The translations under genes were made by a program, and so were the position numbers. Of a stretch of 64,000 bases of DNA, positions 25,130 to 37,205 are shown piece after piece. Source of the DNA: Anthoceros angustus (lineage: Eukaryota > Plantae > Anthocerotophyta). The stretch is taken from assembly GCA_010909165.1 (NCBI GenBank), contig VJWM01000272.1, positions 88,094-152,093 on the forward strand. Reading direction: 5' to 3'. The notes under the pieces were generated by a model. That model saw only the letters and a program-made list of their open reading frames with translations. It had not been told where the DNA came from and made no database searches. The stretch's first letter is position 1. Every line of letters starts with the position of its first letter.

Positions 25130-27700
25130 AAGTGGTTGACGCGGAAAAGAGGACGGAGGGCCCCCACGCCCTGCTTATGCCCGGCCGGAGAGGCACGGAA
25201 GGTTTGGAAAATGGAGAGGACGCCGGCGAGCAGCCGTTTTCGCATGGTCAAGTGGAATTGCACAACGGCCTCGGACGGGTGCCAAAGCCAGAGGAACCGA
25301 GGCAAGCGATGTGGGCGTATCTGTCGCCTCTGCAGACGAGGCGGGAGTGGATGCCGGGGAGGGTCCTTCCGTGGAGCCGAATGGAGGCATGGAGGGGCTT
25401 CACGGGGGAGGGGAGTTGCACGCAACAGCCGTGGAAGGTGTTGCCGGTGAGGAGGAGGCAGCGGCAACAAATCCTCCTCATTCCGACATGCTGTCTCCAA
25501 GAGGTGGGCAGCTAACGGTGGAGCTTGTGGCATACGACGCAGACGCGACTTTGAAAGGGCCCTCCACGCTGAAGAGTACGAAATTGCCCGAGGTGCACGC
25601 CGCGGACCTGTTGTGGAGGACGACGGAGGTCTTGCCGAGGACGCACCTCCGGATGGCGGAGGAGAATAGGGCTCTTCTAGAAGAGCTTATTTTTGGTGAC
25701 CATGGAGGACTCCAAAGGAGCGGGCAGGAGGGTCTTTCTGAAGGGCAGCAAAGTGCGGCCTTTGGAGTTGATATTGCTTCAGGCCAGCAGGAGGAAGAGG
25801 AGGGAGGCCACGAAACACCTGCACATGGGTCAGAGAGGCACAGACTGGACGAGGACACCACCGGCACCGAGGATGGTGAAAGCGGGAGGGAGGCAGCGGG
25901 AGTGGAAATGGCTGGTGAAGAGGTGGACGAGGACCTACCGACAACATTGACAGCAGGAGAGATAGGGGAGCTGACAGAAAAGTTGGCCGGTAAGCCACTT
26001 GACGACATCATTGCCGTGTTGTGCAAGCTGCATGGTCGTGGGGGGGTTTACATGGCTGTGAGCCGGCTGTGATGGAGGGTGGGTGGAGAATGAAGATGAG
26101 GAGGAAGAGCCCATGGACGAGGAGGGACTGGTCCGAAGGCCTTCCAGCAGCTGTGAGTTGTGTGCGCCAAGATGCGCTTGATGGTACCATGGTCCAGCCA
26201 CGACGAGACTTTGAGGGATGATTGGTGAGGAAGGTAGAGTACGAGTTCCTAGTGTAGATCGCGAGGATATCGTGTCCAGTTTGGGCTTCATGGACAAGAA
26301 ACCACAACGTTGGCAAGAAGGTGCGACAGTGCTTATTTGGAGGAGAAGGAAAGATGCGAAATGGCTGCACCTCCGAACGCCGCACCAAGGCGTGGAGACG
26401 GGCCGTGGAGCAGCAAGCAGTAACGCACAAGCACGGTGGTGTGGCCAACCCCACAACAAGTACCGCAACTTCACTGACTTGTAAAAGGAGCATGGGACCA
26501 ATCCATTTGGTCCCATGGGAGCAAAAGAGTTCGAGAGAAGGTATGTTCAGCGGTGGGGAAGGATAACAAGACAAGAGTTGAAATGGGCTGCGAAACATGG
26601 ATTGGAGAGCATGCAGACTCACTGGAGTGGTATGGCGATAGATCGGGGCCTTGGTTGAATAGCTAGTGTGTGAAGATGCGATTGATGGTACCATGGTCCA
26701 GCCACGGCGAGACTTTGAGGGAGTTGGTGAGGAAGGTAGAGTACGAGTTCCCTAGTGTAGATCGCGAGGATATCGTGTCCGGGTTTGCGGGGCTTGGACA
26801 AGAAACCTAGCGTTGGCAAGAAGGTGCAGTGCGGTTATTTGGAGGAGAAGGGAAAGATGCGAAATGGCACCCTCCGACGTCGGCCAAGGCGTGGAGACGG
26901 GTGGAGCAAGCGGTGGTAACGTTGCACAAGCACGGTGGTGTGTGGCCAACCCCACAACAAGCGAACCCATTTCGACTTGCAAAGCACGAGCATGGGACCA
27001 ATCCATTTGGTCCCATGGGAGCAAAAGAGTTCGAGAGAAGGTATGTTCAGCGGTGGGGAAGGATAACAAGACAAGAGTTGAAATGGGCTGCGAAACATGG
27101 ATTGGAGAGCATGCGGGACTCCGGAGTGGTATGGCGATAGATCGGGGCCTTGGTTGAATAGCTAGTGTGTGAAGATGCGATTGATGGTACCATGGTCCAG
27201 CCACGGCGAGACTTTGAGGGAGTTGGTGAGGAAGGTAGAGTACGAGTTCCCTAGTGTAGATCGCGAGGATATCGTGTCCGGGTTTGCGGGGCTTGGACAA
27301 GAAAACCTAGCGTTGGCAAGAAGGTGCGACAGTGCTTATTTGGAGGAGAAGGGAAAGATGCGAAATGGCACCCTCCGACGTCGGCCAAGGCGTGGAGACG
27401 GGTGGAGCAAGCGGTGGTAACGTTGCACAAGCACGGTGGTGTGTGGCCAACCCCACAACAAGCGAACCCATTTCGACTTGCAAAGCACGAGCATGGGACC
27501 AATCCATTTGGTCCCATGGGAGCAAAAGAGTTCGAGAGAAGGTATGTTCAGCGGTGGGGAAGGGCGCAGCGATGCAAGAGTTGAAATGGGCTGCGAAACA
27601 TGGATTGGAGAGCATGCGGGACTCTTGGAGTGGTATGGCGATAGATCGGGGCCTTGGTTGAATAGCTAGTGGTCAAAAAGTGCGCATGTAGGACATGAAG
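25130..27700 (+). pseudogene. Putative second CACTA gene (TnpA/Ptta-like or unknown), acidic low-complexity N-terminal part, frameshifted
   Basis: ORF 25311-26072 is Glu/Asp/Gly-rich. It is followed by NPFGPMGAKEFERRYVQRWGR..RQELKWAAKHG, reminiscent of the G..GY..F....G..P...E stretch of Ptta/En/Spm ORF2 proteins. The identity is tentative. Confidence 0.4.
26155..27671. repeat. Tandem triplication of a ~500 bp unit
   Basis: AGCTAGTG junctions at 26661, 27160 and 27664 (spacing 499 and 504 bp). One copy in the inverted arm (~34250-34745). Confidence 0.88.
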
Positions 27701-28748
27701 GCCGTGAACAAGAATCGATGTGTGCATGGCTGCAGTCAAGGAGAAGGAAAATAATGTGCGTGAAGGGCACGAAAAGATGGAAGGAACCATAGCATGTCCC
27801 GAGGGGAAGGGAAGGAAGGTGGAACGAGGAGGGCATCACACCTGTGTGATGTCGGAGGCGGGGATGGTGTGGAAGGTGGAGGCGTGAGTGTGTTGCCACC
27901 CACAAGGCGAATCACAAGATCTGTCCAAAAGTGTGAGTTTGGTGGCAATGGCGGTGATGAATTGAATGCGATCATTTTGTAACATCGCACGGTGAATATG
28001 CAGCCTATGGGGCCGGAGTGCAAGGCCGAACGGAGGTTAGTGGCTCGAATGCCGCCAAAGGGTCGACATGAGCGGGAGAAACGGGAGGTGCTAGGCCAAA
28101 GGGTCGTGCAAAAGACGACGGCTATTGAAGATGCAGAGGAGTCGACTCGGATGACGCCAAGAGTCAGAGGCCGATCGTGGTATGTGCAAGTCCATGTCCG
28201 CAATAAGCTCGGATTGAGTGCGGACGCTCGGATTTTGATGCCGCCTTTCTTGCGCTTGTGCAAAGCGGGAGCAAACGGCAAATGAAACACGCACCGTGCA
28301 AGCGCATGCGAGGACATTCACAACCGCCATCGCGTAACGTGGCTGGTGGAGGGGAGGTCGACGAATAAAGAACTGCACACGCTTCGCTGGTAGTGCGCGA
28401 GGACGGGTGCCGGCCGCCACGAATGATGAAGGGAGATCGGCCTCATAGCACCGCCACACATGTGGAGCGGGCATTCCATAGTTCTCGTAGCGCTTACATT
28501 GTCCTTCGATATGTTTTAGCCGCTTGTGGAATGAACCCGAAAACTATGGCATATGTGCCGCAGTCAATGTTCGATTTGAAGCTAAGTTCAGATAGGGAAA
28601 ACGCACAAATGGGGCGTTTGAAGAAACGTAATGCATGTGTCGATTTGGTAAATGTGATGAGGTATTTATTAATCTATGAGGTGTATACTTATAACTATGG
28701 CATGGTTAGATATCTATGAATTTGTACCTATACATAAAGAGTATGTAT

Positions 28749-28770
28749 TATATATATATATATATATATA
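28749..28770. repeat. (TA)11 microsatellite
   Basis: Read directly from the sequence; mirrored by (TA)12 at 33158-33181. Confidence 0.95.
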
Positions 28771-29569
28771 CGTTTTGACCATGTATGTAGGATTATATAA
28801 TACATCGCGCCAACCGTATATATAATGGACATATAAATAATGTAGAATCCTACTCATATAATTAGGCAATAAGGGTTTGAGCTGTATATGGGGCTTGAAA
28901 AGAAAACCGTGTGGACATAGGGTGCATTGAAGAGGGAAGATGGAAAGAGAATGATACCTGTGGGGAGAGAGATAGAGTTACCGTAATTGCTATGTAAAAG
29001 CAAGAAGGCAAGAATAAAATACCGGGAGAGGGGAGCTCATTGTCACAATCATATGGCAACACAAAGAGGGAAACAATAAAGAAATGGGTGTCATCCCGAG
29101 CATTAACTAGGAGTGAGGTGAAAGGTGAGACCAAGTTGTTAAGATGGTAAGAGAAAGTGGAAAACAAAATCACAAACTTAACACCAAACCAACAAACTTG
29201 ATGACAAGCTCTTAATGGCGAGGTGTAAGGTCAAGAGACCACTTGCATGTTGTTAAGATGGTGAGAGAAGGTGGAGGAAAATCACAAACTTAACACCAAG
29301 CCACCTAACTTTTGGGTGTACCACATGGAAAGTGTTACATGAAATTGTAACAAAGGACTATAACATAACCAAGTTTTCATTGTATATGTTTGAAATCATA
29401 AACAATGCTAGCAAAAGGGATGTTGTACTTAGGAGGGTGAGGTGATGAGAGAGAGAGCCAGTTCATGTTAAGATGGTGACAAGATGAGAAGGAATAGTGT
29501 CAATCTTAATACCAAGCCTAAATAGCATGTTGCAATTTGGAAGTGTTACATGAAATTGCAATAACGATC

Positions 29570-29596
29570 GTAACATAGGCTGCCTTTCTAGTAGGG
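29570..29596 (-). repeat. Right terminal inverted repeat of the CACTA element
   Basis: GTAACATAGGCTGCCTTTCTAGTAGGG followed by ACT. Confidence 0.95.
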
Positions 29597-32500
29597 ACTC
29601 TACAAGTCCGCATACGTGAGCTTATCAAGACAAAGCTATTCGAACTTCAACATCTACCGTGGAAGGTAATGTGGTTGAAGATAACAGGATGCAATTCACC
29701 AAGTTCCTGTAGGGAGATGCATTGAGGAAAATGATGATTCTGGACGAAAATCCTTAAATAAGGGTGGTGTAGTTCTAATGCGCTACCGGATGAGAGACAT
29801 CCGATTTCTGGGCAATCGCAACAAGAACCCGCTGCAGAGGCAACTAACCGGACGGCTATTGGTGCTTTTGAAGGCATGTTTGATGATGATCCGCACAAGG
29901 TCACTGGTCAAGGAGACTAAACAATCAGAGACATAGAAAGGTGATAGGGTATTGTTCATAGCTTTAGGGCATAGATGGTAGATAGATGAGTTCATGTGGA
30001 CGTCCGCCGACCGATTTGTAACTTATGTCACGTCTGGCTTCCGCCACATCCAAGACCTCCAAAAAGACATGTTTCCTCACCGAATGACGACGATATCGAC
30101 TGTTGGCTTTTGTACAAGACAAGTTTTCATGACAATTGCTTAGTCGCCAAGCACTTACGCCGCCGCCTAGCCCTTACTTGGTATACAAAACATAGAACCA
30201 CACAAATTGCGTAAACCACCGACATGCCGAAATTATGGAAGAATACGGCCAGCCCCTTCCATCACACCGACAGCATCCATGCACACACATGGCGCCACCG
30301 CCAAATGACCGGATGAAGTGGTCCCGAGCCGAAATGCCCGAACTGGATGAACACCCAAAAACTCAACCTAACTTTCGGAATAGGGTTGGATTTTTTCCAA
30401 AACCCTTTGGTGAGAAACCCCTTTCGTAATGTATCGTTAAGAACCTTATAAAGATTGAACTTCCATGACATGGTCATCTGACTCCATCCCGACGCCGCAA
30501 TAAGAAGCTCATCTCGTAAATATCTTACCCGCTCAATAAAAGACATTTTCTTCCGCTTGTCGACATTGTGTTATGGTTGCAAGAACTCTCATCTCACCGT
30601 AAGCCCATGATATGCGCTCAACATATTGAAAACGGACTTTGAGCAATATCTCGCCAAGTGCTATAGCAAGATATGTGTGGTTCCCCAAGTACACCCATAA
30701 TATATTTTGGCCGCCAATCTAATATATCGTTGCCCTCTGTCAATCATACCAAGAATGGCAGAACCCCTTCTTCAATCCTTCCTTCAAATAACTCCTGCCA
30801 GGTAGTTTGACCATGTGAACGCAAAAGTTTGGGCAACCAGCCCAAAAGAGCCCAAGACGAACAAGTTTGATTTTTTGGCTAGGAACGATTGAAGAGGAGC
30901 ATGCCAGAAATTTTCCGAGAATCTTGAAGCCGGAGTTGTAGGATATTGTTAGGAAGGCGAAGAGGATATCCGAGGAAGAAGAACGGGTCAAACGACCCCG
31001 TGCAAGGCGTAATGGCAGTCCGGCGGGCGGTAGTCAGCATCACCGTCAGATCGCCACACTACGCCGGTAGGTCGAGAGGAAGGGCATACCGGTAGGTCGA
31101 AGATCTCGGACAAAAAGGGAAATTAGGATAGGGAGATATCCACTATATATGCCCACCAATAGTGGACTAGATAAATGGGTAATAGGAAATTAAAAGCTAG
31201 ATTGGGCCGTTAGGAAACTAGGGGAAATAGTATCTTAGTATAAGAGGAATTGGGAAACTCCAATCAATCAGAAAAGGTGCCACGTGGTGCATATCCAAGG
31301 GCGTAGAAGATTGGTAGTTACCATACCTAACCCCAAGTTATCTTTATAATCAGCATGTGTGTGTGTAGGAGGTCACAACTTGAAGGTGAGGAAGCGCCAA
31401 CACCGCAGAAGGCGCCACACCAAGAGTCAGAAGAGCCCCACACAAGATTCAATGTAATGCTACCTGCAGTGGATAGAGAAGAGGGGCAAGCTAGGCAGAA
31501 GAGGAAAATAGGCAAGACAAGTAGGGTGCAACAAGAGAAGAAGAAGGAAGGAAAGGGCCGGGTGGAAGGAAGAAGGCAATGCTTGCCCAAGACCAAAGGA
31601 GTGTTAAGAGCAAGGCATGTCAAAATTGAAGAGAAATTATGGAGAAGGGACTCTCAACTTGCTAGAGAAGATGTAAGAACTGGAACCTTAGAGAATTCCT
31701 TCTTCCAAATCACAAAGAATTGGAAACTCGAAAAGCAAGGGTATAAGAGCTAGGGGAATTGTGAGCAAGGTCAAGGCCAGGGTGTGTGTGTGTGGAAATT
31801 GCAAGGAGTCGGAAGGTTCTTGGCATCCATTCGAGATTGTCCATCTCGTGCCAAGCATGGAAAGACCATTGCCTTTTATGTTGAAGAAGACACTGAGGAC
31901 AAGCATCACAAGCGCCGCAAAGATCAAGGCTGGAGGACTCCAAGGAAGAGGAGGAAGTAGAACCCGAGGGGTTAGGAGGAGGAAACCTCCATGAGCGAGC
32001 CCCAGAGGAGCTCAAGAGATGCAGCCGGATAGGGCCAAATGGTGTATAGGAGACGCCACCATGGTAGGTGCACCCCACCGTGATAGGAACAACACGACAA
32101 GTGAGTGGGTACCCACTATAGCCGGGTACCCAAAAGACCGTAGTAGGCAGCCCACGCGTAGGTAGGCAACCCACGGCAGAAGAAGGGAATTGGAGAGTGC
32201 CCAGCATGTTGCAGCTTGGGTGAAGGCCAAGGCGTAAGGATGAAGAAGACAGAGAAGAGAGTGAGTTATGGCAATCAATGCTAGTCATTTGCAAGAGGAG
32301 GCATGGTGTCAAGCATGGAAGTACTTGCAAGGAGTACTAGAAAAGGCAGCCTATGTTACGTTATTGCAATTTCATGTAACACTTCCAAATTGCAACATGC
32401 TATTTAGGCTTGGTATTAAGATTGACACTTTCTCATGCCGTCACCATCTTAACATGAACCCGGCTCTCTCTCATCACCTCACCCTCCTAAGTACAACATC

Positions 32501-33157
32501 CTCTCGCTAGCATTGTTTATGATTTCAAACATATACAATGAAAACTTGCTTATGTTATAGTCCTTTGTTACAATTTCATGTAACACTTTCCATGTGGTAC
32601 ACCCAAAAGTTAGGTGGCTTGGTGTTAAGTTTGTGATTCTCCTCCACCTTCTCTCACCATCTTAACAACATGCAAGTGGTCTCTTGACCTTACACCTCGC
32701 CATTAAGAGCTTATCATCAAGTTTGTTGGTTTGGTGTTAAGTTTGTGATTTTGTTTTCCACTTTCTCTTACCATCTTAACAACATGCTCTTGGTCTCACC
32801 TTTCACCTCACACTCTAGTTAATGCCCGATGACACCCATTTCTTTATTGTTTTCCCTCTTGTGTTGCCATATGATTGTGACAATGAGCTCCCTCTCCCAC
32901 CAGATTTTATTCTTGCCTTCTTGCTTTTCCTACATAGCAATTACCAAGAACTCTATCTCTCCTCGTAGGTATCATTCTCTTTCCATCTTCCCTCTTCAAT
33001 GCACCCTATGTCCACACCGGTTTTCTTTTCAAGCCCCATATACACAATCAAACCCTTATATGCCTAATTATGTATAGTAGGATTCTACATTATTTATATG
33101 TCCATTTATATACGGTTGGCCGATGTATTGTATAATCCTACATACATGATGAACACG

Positions 33158-33181
33158 TATATATATATATATATATATATA
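33158..33181. repeat. (TA)12 microsatellite
   Basis: Read directly from the sequence. Confidence 0.95.
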
Positions 33182-36100
33182 TGAATACATTTTATGTATA
33201 GGTACAAATTCATAGATATCTAACCATGCCATAGTTATAAGTATACACCTCATAGATTAATAAATACCTCATCACATTTACCACCAAATGCCACACATGC
33301 GCATTACGCTTTCTTCAAACGCCCCATTTGTGCGTTTTCCCTCTAGACTTCCGCTTCAATACGAACATGCGTTTGCGACATATGCCATAGTTTTCGGGTT
33401 CATTCCACAACCGCTAAAACATATCGAAGGACAATGTAAACGCTACAGAACTATGGAATGCCCGCCCTACATGTGGCGAGGCCGATCTCCTTCATCTGCT
33501 CGCGATCGATCAGACCCGTCCTCGACGACTACCAATCAAGCGTGCAGTGTGTCATCGTCAAGCACTCCCCTCCACCAGCCATTACGCGATGGCGGTTTGT
33601 GAATGCCGCATGCCGCCCGTGTTTCATTTGCCGCTTGCTCCCCGCTTTGCACAACCGCAAAGGAACTGCATCAAAATCCACGAGCCCACAAAGACAAATC
33701 AATCCAGCTTATTGCCGACATGGACTTGCACATACCACATGGTCGGCACAGCCTCTTCGGCGTCATCCGAGTCCGACTCCTGCATCTTCAATAGCGCCGC
33801 CTTTGCGACCTTTTGGCCTAGCACCTCCGCCTGCTTTCTCCCGCTCATGTCGACCCTTTGACCGGCATTCGAGCCACTAACCTCCACGCTGTGCCTTGCC
33901 CCGGCCCCATAGGCTGCATATTCACCGTGCAGAAGTTACACTAGGCAAAATGATCGCATTCAATTCATCCCCGCCATTGCCACCAAACTCACACTTTTGG
34001 AGACAGATCTTGTGATTCGCCTTGTGGGTGGCAACACACTCACGCTCCACCTTCCACACCATCCCCACCGCCTCCGACATCACCCGAGTGTGATGCCCTC
34101 CTCCACCTTCCCTTCCCTTCCCCTGACATGCTATGGTTCCTTCCATCTTTCGCCCTTCACCGCACATTATTTTCCTTCTCCTTCGACTGCAGCCATGCAC
34201 ACATCGCCATCGCTCCCTTCATGTCCTACATGCGCACTTTTTGACCACGCCTAGCTATTCAACCAAGGCCCCGATCTATCGCCATACCACTCCAGAGTCC
34301 CGCATGCTCCAATCCATGTTTCGCAGCCCATTTCAACTCTTGTACTTGCGCCCTTCCCCACCGCTGAACATACCTTCTCTCGAACTCTTGTTCTCCCATG
34401 GGACCAAATGGATTGGTCCCATGCTCGTGCTTTGCAAGTCGAAATGGGTTGCCGCTTGTGGTTGGCCACACACCACCGTGCTTGTGCAACGCTACCACCT
34501 GCTCCACAGCTCCACGCCTTGGCCGACGTCGAGGGTGTGCCATTTCGCATCTTTCCCTTCTCCTCCAAATAACCGCACTGTCGACCTTCTTGCCAACGCG
34601 TGGTTTCTTGTCCGAAGCCCTCGCAAACTGGACACGATATCCTCGCGATCTACACTAGGGAACTCGTACTCTACCTTCCTCACCAACTGTCTCAAAGTCT
34701 CGTGCATCGGACCATGGTACCATCAATCGCCACAAGACACTAGCTCCAACACGCCGAAGGCCTTCCGCCTCCTCCTCCCATGGGCTCTTCCTCCTCATCT
34801 TCATTCTCCACCCACCCTCCATCACACAGCTCATGCCATGTAAACCCCCACGACCATGCTTTGCACAACACGGCAATGATGTCCAAGTGGCTTACCGCCA
34901 ACTTTTCTCGGCTCCCTATCTCTCCCGGCCAATGTTGTGTAGGTCCTCGCCCACCTCACCAGCCCATTTCCACTCCCGCCGCCTCCCTCTTTCACCATCC
35001 TCCGAGCCGGTGGTGTCCTCGCCCTCAGGCTCTCTCTCTCGACCCATGCGGTGTTTCGGCCTCCTCCTCTTCCTCCCGCCGCTGAAGCAATATCAACTCC
35101 AAAGGCCGCACTTTGCTGCCCTTCGAAAGACCTCCCGCCCGCCTCCTTGAGTCTTCCATGGTCACCAAAAATAAGCTCTTCTAGAAGAGCCCTATTCTCC
35201 CTCCCGCCATCCAGAGGTGCGGCCCCTCAAGACCTCCGCCGTCCTCCACATGCCCACACGGGCCCGCTGGCTCGCACCTCGCAATTTCTGCATTCTTCAA
35301 CGGCGTGGAGGGCCCTTTCAAAGTCCGCTCGCGCCGCAGTCGCCCCTCGCACCCACAAGCTCCACCGTTAGCTGCCCACCTCTTGGACACGCCTGGAATG
35401 AGGAGGATTTGTTGCCGCCTCCTCCTCATCCAACACCTTCCACCTGCGCAACCCTCCCCGCTCCCTCCATGCCTCCATTCGGCTCCACGGAAGGACCCTC
35501 CCGCATCCACTCCCGCCGTCTGCAGAGGCGGCAGACACGCCCACATCGCTTGCCTGCCTCGGCTTTGGCACCCGTCCCCGAGGTTGTCCAATTCCACTTG
35601 ACCATGCAAAACGGCCGCCGCGCCCTCTCCATTTTCCAAACCTTCACCGCCTCTCCGATCGGGCGCAGCGTGGGGCCCTCCGTCCCTGCTTTCTCCGTCA
35701 ACCACCGGCATCGCCATCCAAGTCACGGTTATGCGGTTGTAGGCTTAAACGAATGAAATCTTCAAGTCCACGTCCCAAACCATAGCCGAACCACAACCGC
35801 GACGCCTAGATGACTAACCGCGACAAGCCGGAGTGCAACTGCCAAGTGACGATATGGGTTTTCCGAAGGTGGTAACCTTGTGGTGACGGAGGGAGGGAGG
35901 GGCGAACGGGACATGCCACTGGCTCCTTGCCACGATGCCATGTTTCGCCAAGACGCACTCCACCTGCCTCCGAATACCCATGTGTCCGCTATGGCATGCC
36001 CCCATGCCGCCTTTTGGCGCGGACACCGTCACCTCTTTGAACGAAGCTCCATGTCCCCATGCTTCATATATAGCCACGTGACCCAAGGACAATTGGTAAC

Positions 36101-36659
36101 AAAGCTCGATGCCCATGTGCCAAGGATGTTGTATGGTCATTCATGCCGCCATGGCCCGCTCAACATGCAATGCCACCGACGAACATCACGTCCGAATCGG
36201 TGGTTTTACCATGTCATGTCATAATGCGCGCCATGCCGACGCGTGACGCCGACTGCTGCGGCGACAGTCACCAGCTCGCCATGTCCCCTGCTTCGCATAT
36301 ATAGCCCGGCAGATTAACGCCTTCTGCAAGACATCGCATGCCGGATGCCCATGGGTGAATGGTGTTGCCGTGCTCGTGTCGCACCTGATGCGCCCGGCGA
36401 CACCGCCTTTTGTTCGGTTGGCATGTCATATACATGGCGGCGATTTGTCTGACTGTGATGGTTTTGGCAAAGCGGATGCCCATGGGCCATGGATGTGTTG
36501 TATGAGTTGGACCATGGTCATGGTACCCATAGTACTGCTTTCGAGATCTTTGTAAGGTGACATGTCCCCATACTGCATATATAGGCGGGCGATTTGTACA
36601 CCCAAGTGGCAACTTAAGCGATGCCCATGGGCCATGGATGTTGTTGGTTTGTGAGTTGA

Positions 36660-37205
36660 AAAGACCATGGTCCAAGGATGGTTACCGCATATGTGGTCAA
36701 AGTGTTGACTACTTATTCGAGATCCAAGGAGCATTGTTCGCAATGCAATCGAATGACCATGTTCCAAGGATGGTTATGACATGTGGTAACAGCGTTGACT
36801 ACTTATTCGAGATCCAAGGACCATTGTTCGCAATGCACCTAATGCCCATGGTCCAAGGATGGTTAATGCATATGTGATCGAGTTACTTTGAGTACCAAGG
36901 ACCATTGTTCGCAATGCAATCGAATGACCATGGTCCAAGGATGGTTAATGCATATGTGTTCAATGTTGAGCATCTTTCGATGCCAAGGACCATTGTTCGA
37001 ATGCAATCCAAATGACCATGGTCCAAGGATGGTTAATGCCATCAGTTGAATACTTTTCGACAGCCAAGGACCATTGTTCGCAATGCAATCGAAATGACCA
37101 TGGTCCAAGGATGGTTAATGCATATGTGGTCGAACAGTGTTGAATACTTTTTCGACAGCCAAGGACCATTGTTCGCAATGCAATCGGAATGACCATGGTC
37201 CAAGT
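36660..37205. repeat. Inverted-arm copy of the internal minisatellite (~85-90 bp unit, ~7 copies)
   Basis: Recurring CCAAGGACCATTGTTCGCAATGCAATCGAATGACCATGGTCCAAGGATGGTT. Confidence 0.9.

Larger units (their letters stand above)
10524..29596 (-). mobile_element. Complete CACTA/EnSpm (CMC) DNA transposon, ~19.1 kb, with CCCTA-type TIRs and a 3-bp TSD ACT
   Basis: Left TIR CCCTACTAGAAAAGGCAGCCTATGTTAC (10524-10551). Right TIR GTAACATAGGCTGCCTTTCTAGTAGGG (29570-29596). ACT at 10521-10523 and 29597-29599. Internal TnpD-like transposase and subterminal repeats. Confidence 0.92.
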
